Assembly: GCA_951406725.2 (NCBI GenBank)
Contig: OX597825.1
Span: 22,258,001-22,322,000 of the forward strand
Length of the DNA stretch: 64,000 nt
Reading direction: 5' to 3'
From: Octopus vulgaris
Taxonomy: Eukaryota
In this document: in pieces, positions 54,788-64,000 of the stretch
How positions within the stretch are numbered: the first letter of the stretch is position 1
Layout of the letters: every line of letters starts with the position of its first letter
Notes under the pieces: model-generated
What the model was told of the DNA's origin: nothing
Seen by the model: only the letters and a program-made list of their open reading frames with translations
The model's database searches: none
Program-made: the position numbers and the translations under genes

Positions 54788-54950
54788 GTGATGATGGGTA
54801 AATTGTCGCCATTTTATATATTTTTCGGACATGTGCATCGTTTGTGTTGGGTCAACTGTATGGTAGGGTCAGTTGAGCACTGTCTGTGAGAAAACTGAAA
54901 TTACAAGGATGATCTGGAACACAACTGCGGAAAGAAAACTCCGAATGACC
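54785..54950 (+). mobile_element. Possible left end of a Tc1/mariner element
   Basis: TA|CAGGTGATGATGGG start, but no partner TIR is seen. Confidence 0.3.
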
Positions 54951-55064
54951 CGTCCTTGGTTTCTTTATATCGTCTATCTGGTTGCTTTGTTGTCTCTTTC
55001 TTGTATCAAATTAACTGTCTGGATGTTTTGTGTTCTTGTCCCATTTTGTATTTGTATATATACA

Positions 55065-55220
55065 TATACGATGGGATTCTTTTCATTGTCCGTCTACAAA
55101 CCCACTTACAAGGCTTCGGTCAGCGCGTGGCTACAGAAGAAGACAATAGACCGAGGTGCCACGCATTGGAACTGAGCCCGGAACAATGTAGTAGGGAAGC
55201 CACACAGTCATGACTGCGCC
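55065..55220 (-). mobile_element. SINE family B 5' half, diverged
   Basis: gaggtgccacgcattggaactgagcccggaac..ctgcgcc. Confidence 0.7.
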
Positions 55221-55940
<720 letters not shown>

Positions 55941-56460
55941 GTTGCTTGTGTGTATTTATGAGTTACCGTACAGTTACTTTTCCTCCTATTTTTCTATGGG
56001 TGTACGTGTAGGAAACCATATGAGTCAACTGGTATTCATGTAAAAAAAAAAAAGCATGATTTAACTGACCACGAGAATATGGAAATCTGACAAGCTCTTT
56101 TACCACGCAGTGAAATCCGGTTCTCATTCAATGTGTTTCTTTTATAACATTACACGTACGTTATTATTTTTTGCTATTGCTCCTATTCGGAGTTTTTTTC
56201 AATTCGTTTTTCTCTACTTTTTTTTTTTTATAGAGTGACACAAATTCAGACAACCTAATTACCAGGCAATAGGTGACTCTATATATTTTTTTATGATAGT
56301 ACTAGAATTTCATTGTTACTTTGGTAGAAAAAGAAAAAAATTCAAGGAATTTTCCATCTCTATTTCACATGATATTATTTTACTGCTAATGAACAAAAAC
56401 ATGGGTGCGAATTCCAATAATAAATGTACGGATATATTTGCACGCATCATATATATATAT

Positions 56461-56519
<59 letters not shown>

Positions 56520-56586
56520 TAGATATAGATTGATAGATATAGATATAGATACATACATATATATATATATATATATAGATAGACAG

Positions 56587-56623
<37 letters not shown>

Positions 56624-57228
56624 GGTATGTATGTATGTATATAAACTTAATCATACACACACGCACACACATATAAGTAAGCATATGCATGTACATACAC
56701 GTGTATATACATATTTACAGATAAGTATACGTTGTTCGTATTTTTATATAAATGTGTGTTTCTTGCACTTTTAGTGAAATAATGGCATTCACCATTGTGA
56801 GTATTTCATTATATTTATTTTTCTTATGTACTTTAATTTTTTGCAGAATTGTTGCTGCGTCAGACCCTTTATTATGAATGACAAGAACTCTTACTTTTGA
56901 AAAATGACAGTTACGAAGCTGTGTACACTGCGATGGATATTAATCATGATGATAATGATGATGATGAGGAAGAGGAGGGGGAGGAAGATCGTGGTGGTGG
57001 TGATGATGATGGCGAAGAGGATAATGATGTTATTGAGTATCGCTGATGGTTTTTTCTCAATTATTAACAAAACGGTTGATGACTTCTCTCCGGTGGTTGC
57101 AGATCTTGTTGCTCGCTCAGATCCTGGTTATTTGCGTTTATTAGTTCGGATCTTTGCGGTTTATGAAGAAAACAATAAACCAAATAATAAAGTTGTTTTT
57201 TGCTAATATTATTCATGAACAATATCGA

Positions 57229-57780
57229 GGCAGTGATCTGGCAGAATCGTTAGCACGCCGGACGAAATGATTGGTGGTATTTCCTCTGCCGCTACGTTCT
57301 GAGTTCAAATTCCGCCGAGGTCGACTTTGCCTTTCATCATTTCTGGGTCGATTAAATAAGTACCAGTTACGCACTGGGGTCGATATAATCGACTTAATCC
57401 GTTTGTCTGTCCTTGTTTGTCCTCTCTCTGTTTAGCCGCTTGTGGGTAGTAAAGAAATAGGCATCTCGTCTGTCGGTGCGTTCTGAGTTCAAATTTCGCT
57501 GAGGTCGACTTTGCCTTTCATTCTTTCAGAGTCGATTAAATAAGTACCAGTTACGTACTGGATCGATGTAACAGACTTAACCCGTGTGTCTGTCCTTGTT
57601 TGTCTCCTCTGTGTGTAGCCCCTTGTGGGTAGTAAAGAAATAGGTATTTCGTCTGCTGCTACGTTCTGAGTTCAAATTACGCTGAGGTCGACTTTGCCTT
57701 TCATCCTTTCAGGGTCGATTAAATAACTACCAGTTGGGGTCGATATAATTTACTTAATCCGCTTGTCTGTCCTTGTTCGC
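57229..57780 (+). mobile_element. SINE family A, trimeric
   Basis: One head, with bodies restarting at about 57460 and 57642. Confidence 0.92.
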
Positions 57781-57819
57781 ACCGGTTTCGACGAAATCGA
57801 CTAGTCCACATCCTCCAAA

Positions 57820-58143
57820 TTTCATTAATGACCATGGGATTGCATCTAGAAAGTTACCCTCAGAGATACAATTCCGGACAAGGTTGTTTATGGAAGGCCA
57901 GCAGTTGCCCATGCATACCAGCCTCCGCTCCCCACACCACTGATCTCATCCAAGGGAAAGGCAAAAGCCGATAGAGCTTGTTACCAGTGATGTCCCAACT
58001 CATTTCTACATTTGAGTTTACTGGGACAATGTGAAATAACGTATCTTGTTCAAGAACACAACACGCAGCCCTGCCCGGGAATCGAATTCACAACCTCACG
58101 ATCGTAAGCTGGACGCTCTAACCACTGAGCCATGCGCCTTCAC
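57820..58143 (-). mobile_element. tRNA-derived SINE (family D-like head, different tail)
   Basis: rc gaaggcgcatggctcagtggttagagcgtc...aattcgattcccgg...gtgttcttgaacaagatac. Confidence 0.8.
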
Positions 58144-59996
58144 AACCTATTGTAGAAAGGATTATTTATGCACATTATGTTATTGTCATCCGAATCATAT
58201 TTTTATGATTGTTGTTATGTTTGCTGTTCATATTATTTTAAATATTGAAATTTAAAGGAAACCCTTTGCTGTTCTTATTTTTTTCTCTGATTAGCTCTGC
58301 ATCCGTCAATAATTCGGTATCGGACTCGTATCTAATTTATTACAGTAACTAAAATGGCATCATTGTTTGTTTTTCTTGTTTATGAAGCATCCAAATAATC
58401 AAACTTGCCGGAATGCATTAAGTACTTGTATCGTTCGTTCGTCTAAATTTCCTATGTGTGAGTATCGACGCGACAGAACTCGTACATACCCTTGTTGCAA
58501 TATGTTATGTGTAATATTTTGTGTATGGAAATATTCTTGCGTATGCGGCTTGAACGCAATAAACGTCTGACAATAACAAAAAATATAAATTACGTGATAG
58601 TATGGAAATCCACGATGGAATTTCTAATTACTTCCTGTTAAGTAGAATCACTTTCGCACGGACAATACTCATGGTACTTGTGGGGAGATAAACAGACTAA
58701 AACCAAAGTAATAGAAATTTATAATGCAATCTGACCCAATGTTTCACTATGACACCGAAGGACATATGAGAACGAGAATGAATCCGCGAGATAATGAAGC
58801 ATAAAAGAGGAATAAAATAAATACCTAAAACAAAACTCGAAAACAAAATAAGTCTTTCAGTATTGGTCAGTGTTCATGGCTAGCATTGCGATATTAAACC
58901 AATGACAAAGAAACAAATACCAATAAAATATCGATGAACAAGAAATGAAAACTAATAATGAATTCTTTGGAGTATGGCGCAAAACAAGCTTTGCGGTGGA
59001 CATTATTGCCTTGCCTTTCTTGTATATATTTCAACCAAATACTTGGTTGGTGATTCTTTTACAGTAGAGTTTCAAAGCAAAACCAAAACTCTTTCAGATG
59101 TGCATGTATCAGTGAAGTATCCATTGAAATTAATTTTTATTTCATAATATATTACGTGTTGAAACTAATATTCTATATTTTAAACATGTAATTGTATCGC
59201 GTAAATTAGATAAAGATGATCAACACAAAAACTTTAAGATACGAATTTCTTAAGTTAAACATTTCTAAGTTATCCATGTTCAAGTCAAATTAACAATAAT
59301 TTAAATATTGTAAACAATTATGTTCGGTCTAAGTTCCAGATTAAAAATGTCTAAACGTCTGGGATGAAACGTTTATAAGATTATGTTTGTTCCGATTTAA
59401 TCCCAAATACATATGCGTTTACACGCACATTCACACACACACACACACACAAATACACACAGACATATACATACACACATGTACACTTTCCCCACACATA
59501 TATTTATTATATTGTTTTAAAAATATAACTTTCCAGTTTGTGAGTAAATATGGAGAAAGCGTTCGTCTCTTAAGATAAATGCCATTAAAACTGTTACGCC
59601 AGAAGTTTGAAGCTGGGATATTATTATCAATTTCACTTTTTGCTGCGTGCCACGTTAAGGCAATAAGTTAATCTTACTTTCAAGTAATACAGGAAATACG
59701 AATTTACTGTTTCAAAGATGGTTGATACCTGTTGATGGACGAATTGCATATTATAATCACTAAGACGTTGTTTGAATTTATTGTAGGATATTTAAACGTT
59801 ACAGCAACGTAGCGGATATGTGAACCGTACTGGTGTGCATTTCTGTGTGTGTATGTGAGATTTATTTGAGATTTACTGTCAGCAGCTTAAGAGGACAGCG
59901 AAGCTTTTGCATGAAACATTTATGCTAGAAATCACAAATGCGATATTATGATTTCTAGTATTTGATACGAGATCTCGGATATACCCGTTACTTATA

Positions 59997-60135
59997 GGAG
60001 CCGTAATGGGCATGGCTGAGTGATTTTCAACCGGGTATTTTCAAGTTCAGTCCCACTGTACCACTGGACCAACGACTTCTACTATAACTCCAGACCGGCC
60101 AAAGCCGTGTGAGTATTTGTTGAAGTCCACCGTAG
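59997..60135 (+). mobile_element. SINE family B, degenerate 5' part
   Basis: gttcagtcccactg...cttctactataactccagaccggccaaagcc. Confidence 0.6.
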
Positions 60136-60268
60136 ATGTACATATATGTATATACATACATACATACATACTCACACACATGTGAATGTGTGTGATTGTA
60201 TTTATAATGCAATGTGACCCAATGGTTCACTATGAAACCGAAGAACATATGAAAACGAGAATGAATCC

Positions 60269-60530
60269 AAGGTCCCACAGCTTTTTAATATTATCCCAAA
60301 GAGTCTGAGGAACTTGCACAAAGTAGATGTAGCGGTTTTTAAATCAAAGCTGGACATCTTCCTGTCAAGAGTCCCAGATGAACCTATCTCACGGCAAAAG
60401 GTGCAAATGAGAGTAGCTGTATCAAACTCCATTCTTCACCAAGTACCACATATTAGACGAGGTTCGTCGCAATAACAGTGTAGAACAAAACGGCAGTGCA
60501 TCAGCATGACCGAAGCTCTAAGCTGAAACT
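60269..60530 (+). mobile_element. CR1-like LINE extreme 3' fragment
   Basis: GPTAF.. / FKSKLDIFLSRVPDEPISRQKVQMRVAVSNSILHQ followed by a tail and an A-run. Confidence 0.85.
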
Positions 60531-60932
60531 AGAAAAAAAAAATATATATATGTGCTTTTCGTGGCTCTTTCTGGGGATGCTGATGATCACTGCTCCTTTG
60601 TGACTTTGTCACTTATTTCCTTGATGGTTATAAATTGCTGATAGCATCCTTCGCTGGATTGTGTGTTCGTTGTACTCATTGCTATCGGTGATTTTATTTG
60701 TGATCTTCTAAATAAATGAATATATTTCCTCCGTCTTGCTGCTTTTCTTTCTACAAAGCGTGAAGTTACGTTGCGGAACAGTTATTTCCGCATGCTACTG
60801 AATCAGTTGTTGATGGCCCACCCATGAGGAATCGATACTAGATGTGTCGAAGCACTTCTTGTGTTTAATAACAAATTCTCGTATATTACAACTCCAGTCT
60901 TTCATTTGCCATACGTGTGTGCGCGCGTGCGT

Positions 60933-60967
<35 letters not shown>

Positions 60968-61306
60968 TGTGTGTGTATTGTGTGCGTGCCTGTGTATTGT
61001 GTGCGTGCCTTCGCAGTCGATGGAATACATTTGCTGTCAAAATAACAATTACCACTTTTTTATACTGCATAACTTTAACGATCTATTCCACTAAGATGTC
61101 CCAAAGGAATACAGAAAATTTAGTGCTGTTTAATCGCCAATAGGATAGGCTATAGCAGTTAATGTCTCATGCAGTATCAAATTGATATTCTATATTTATC
61201 ACCTCAAGTACTACTAGTACAAAAAATATATTTGGTATAACGTAAATGCTTATCTTTACTTAAGAGATATTTTATATATATACACATATACATACACACG
61301 CACGCA

Positions 61307-61338
<32 letters not shown>

Positions 61339-61382
61339 CATGTGTGTGTCGTGGAATGTATTACCTGTGTATGTACCTATTC

Positions 61383-61491
<109 letters not shown>

Positions 61492-61524
61492 TTATAATTA
61501 ATATAGTGACCACTCTCTTATATT

Positions 61525-61569
<45 letters not shown>

Positions 61570-61592
61570 CATACACACACATACATACATAC

Positions 61593-61625
<33 letters not shown>

Positions 61626-61719
61626 AGCAAACTAGCTAGTTAGGAAAAAAATTCTAGGAGAGATGAAGACAGTATTTATTTTAAGAAGTAATGTTTCTGG
61701 ATACCTCAACACGGATGTG

Positions 61720-62072
61720 CCCTAGGGATCTATGTAATTGCTATTTTATATTATATATCTAAAGTCGAGATATTGCGATCAGAGAGAGAGCTCTGCACTA
61801 TCCATTAGCCACAAAACCACCGGTCCGTACGGTTTCCACCTCTTTGTGGTCATCCTCGGTAGTGGACACTCGTGCGCTAGATACAGCAGTAGTTGAAACT
61901 GTATACTCTTGTTCTCTTGGGTCCAGAAGATTGTAGCGAGTTCTGTTCCCATTAGCAATACACATCAAATGCAGATTACAGTAAATTACCAGCAGGCGGT
62001 GGCGTTATCTTGGGGTTAAACTAGCACTAATGTCGGTTCCTAGGGAACTCCTTTGTTAAGGTGGTGATAGAC
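61720..62072 (-). mobile_element. Possible RTE-like 5' leader relic
   Basis: rc aagaggtgg..accggtggttttgtggc resembles aagaggtg..accggcggctttgcggt at about 50750. Confidence 0.3.
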
Positions 62073-62087
62073 ATTACATACATACAT

Positions 62088-62144
<57 letters not shown>

Positions 62145-62560
62145 ATATTAATTAGAGACAAAACCACTATTTTGCAAAACAAACAAGGAAAGACTTAATC
62201 AATACATAAAATTTTAATAAAAAAACCGCCACTACAATTGTTTCATGTCTTGATCGACAATCTTCAGGTGGATTTCCGATTTTCAAGTCAGTTTCAAATT
62301 ATGACTTCATAATTTGAAACTGACTTGAAAATCGGAAATCCACCTGAAGATTGTCGATCAAGACATGAAACAATTGTAGTGGCGGTTTTTTTACTTTTTA
62401 TTAAAATTTTATGTATTGATTAAGTCTTTCCTTGTTTGTTTTGCAAAATAGTGGTTTTGTCTCTAATTAATATTATATAATATTTTACTATAAAATTGGA
62501 TTTAATCCTAAATCTGATTTTTTTCCCTGTAAATTTGGATTTATTCCCTAATATTTATTA
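62145..62560 (+). mobile_element. Fold-back, hammerhead-containing Penelope-like non-autonomous element in (TA)n
   Basis: Arms 62145-62304 and 62307-62473 are identical except for a 7-nt indel. A unique tail follows, with (TA)n on both flanks. Confidence 0.78.
62340..62382 (+). ncRNA. Minimal type I hammerhead ribozyme (mirror copy on the minus strand in the left arm)
   Basis: CCAC-CTGAAGA(62344)-T-TGTC-GATCAA-GACA-T-GAAA(62367)-CAATTG-TA(62378)-GTGG. Confidence 0.72.
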
Positions 62561-62608
62561 TATATATATATATATATATGTATATATCTGTGAGTGTGTG
62601 TGTGTATC

Positions 62609-62664
<56 letters not shown>

Positions 62665-62768
62665 TATACATACATACATACATACACGCACATATACATA
62701 CACACACGCACATATATATTATATAGAGAGACACACAGAGAAAAAGAGATAGAGAGAAATAGAGATAA

Positions 62769-62804
<36 letters not shown>

Positions 62805-62879
62805 GAAGAAAGAAAGAAAGAAAGAGTAGTAAGCAAGATATGAATATGCACGTATAGGATCGTCTCCCAAAGGACTTCT

Positions 62880-63260
62880 ACCGCCCTCTCCCTCATTACA
62901 ATGCTAATCTTCAATGACTTTCGGTGGGATTTACCCCGCCAGTCTCCCTTCTCTAGTGAATGTCCTAATACAGTAGTCCAGATTGAGTAAGGAACTCATT
63001 GTAGAAATCTTATGCTGGTCGTCGCATAATCTATGTTCCTATCCATGAAACGAACTGCCTTCCATATATTACGATGCCCTCATGCAAAACGAATCTGGTA
63101 ATGGCGTGCTCAATTTACTTGATTCTGATTGGCTTTGGGCCACGTTTGAAAGATGCATCGGAATGGGACAAGGCATTATGTTTCCGTCCATAGAATCTGT
63201 AACAGAAACTCGTGACGTCGCATAAAGGGTATCATATGTAGACAGGTCGTCTATGGCGTC
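62880..63260 (-). mobile_element. Possible L1/Tx1-like ORF2 C-terminal relic
   Basis: Weak IEHAI motif in a decayed, relatively GC-rich segment. Confidence 0.25.
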
Positions 63261-63377
63261 TGGTAGCTAAATTCTGTTCGGAAATAGTCTACGGTCTTGC
63301 ATACATACATACTGTCACACATCCACCCACAAAGCACACATTCATACACACACGCACGGTTACGCACAAAAATACAC

Positions 63378-63419
<42 letters not shown>

Positions 63420-63689
63420 ACACCTGGCAAATCAAATACCAAGGAACAACAACAAAATCCCAAGGGAGGATAACGGTGCAAAATTCTCACGATGGATCTC
63501 AAAGAAAAAGTTAGACAATTAAAGTATAAAGTTTCGGACATATTCCTTCCTTGGATACGAAAGGAAATTCCAGGAGTGTCGAGGAAAGGAGGAAAATGAG
63601 AGAGAGCAGAGCGAGAAATATCACTCTTGGGTAGTAAGTTTAATGGGGTAGAGCTGTGACTTGTGATTTCAACCATGTACATATATATA

Positions 63690-63885
63690 TAAGTATAGAG
63701 TTAATCCAAACAGAGCAAAGGGAAAACACAACAATGCGAGGACGTATTGGACGCTCAGGAAAGGAAATAAAGAAGAAGGATTTAGAGTTTCGAGCGTAGC
63801 ACTTCGTCAGACACATAGAATAAGGAAAAAATCAAAGGAAGGGAAGACGGAGGAAAAAATCGCCAACGATACACGCGCGAGCACA
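63690..63885 (-). mobile_element. Short hammerhead-bearing element (same family as 38590)
   Basis: rc ggcgatttttcctccgtctt...CTGACGA-AGTGC-TAC-GCTC-GAAA...cctgagcgtc. Confidence 0.6.
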
Positions 63886-63894
63886 TATATATAA

Positions 63895-64000
63895 GGTGGC
63901 GAGCTGGCAGAAACGTTAGCACGCCGGGCGAAATGCGTTGCCGTATTTCGTCTGCCGTTACGTTCCGAGTTCAAATTCCGCCGAGGTCGACTTTGCCTTT
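63895..64000 (+). mobile_element. SINE family A, cut by the window end
   Basis: ggtggcgagctggcagaaacgttagcacgccgggcg. Confidence 0.9.

Noticed and set aside
57229-57780. CRISPR-like or satellite array
   Set aside because: The units are entire SINE bodies with no unique spacers, and the context is eukaryotic.

Overview
AT-rich, microsatellite-dense eukaryotic non-coding DNA. The SINE repertoire and the very high (TA)n/(CA)n/(GATA)n load resemble a coleoid cephalopod such as Octopus; this is inference from recalled repeat types, not a database result. I find no intact protein-coding gene, and nearly all ORF-track entries are microsatellite or SINE translations. The window is a transposon graveyard with at least 4 tRNA-derived SINE families, CR1-like, RTE and R4/Dong-like LINE fragments, a Gypsy LTR+gag relic, a Penelope GIY-YIG relic, Merlin, maT (DD37D) and Tigger DNA-transposon fossils, and several TIR elements. 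The most interesting signal is a set of short non-coding elements sitting inside (TA)n tracts that carry minimal hammerhead-ribozyme cores (CUGAnGA...GAAA...GUA). Two of them (15.3 kb, 62.1 kb) are near-perfect 80-bp and 160-bp fold-backs with a ribozyme on each strand. They look like non-autonomous Penelope-like or retrozyme-like RNA elements that target microsatellites. Coordinates of diverged repeats are approximate because they were read by eye.
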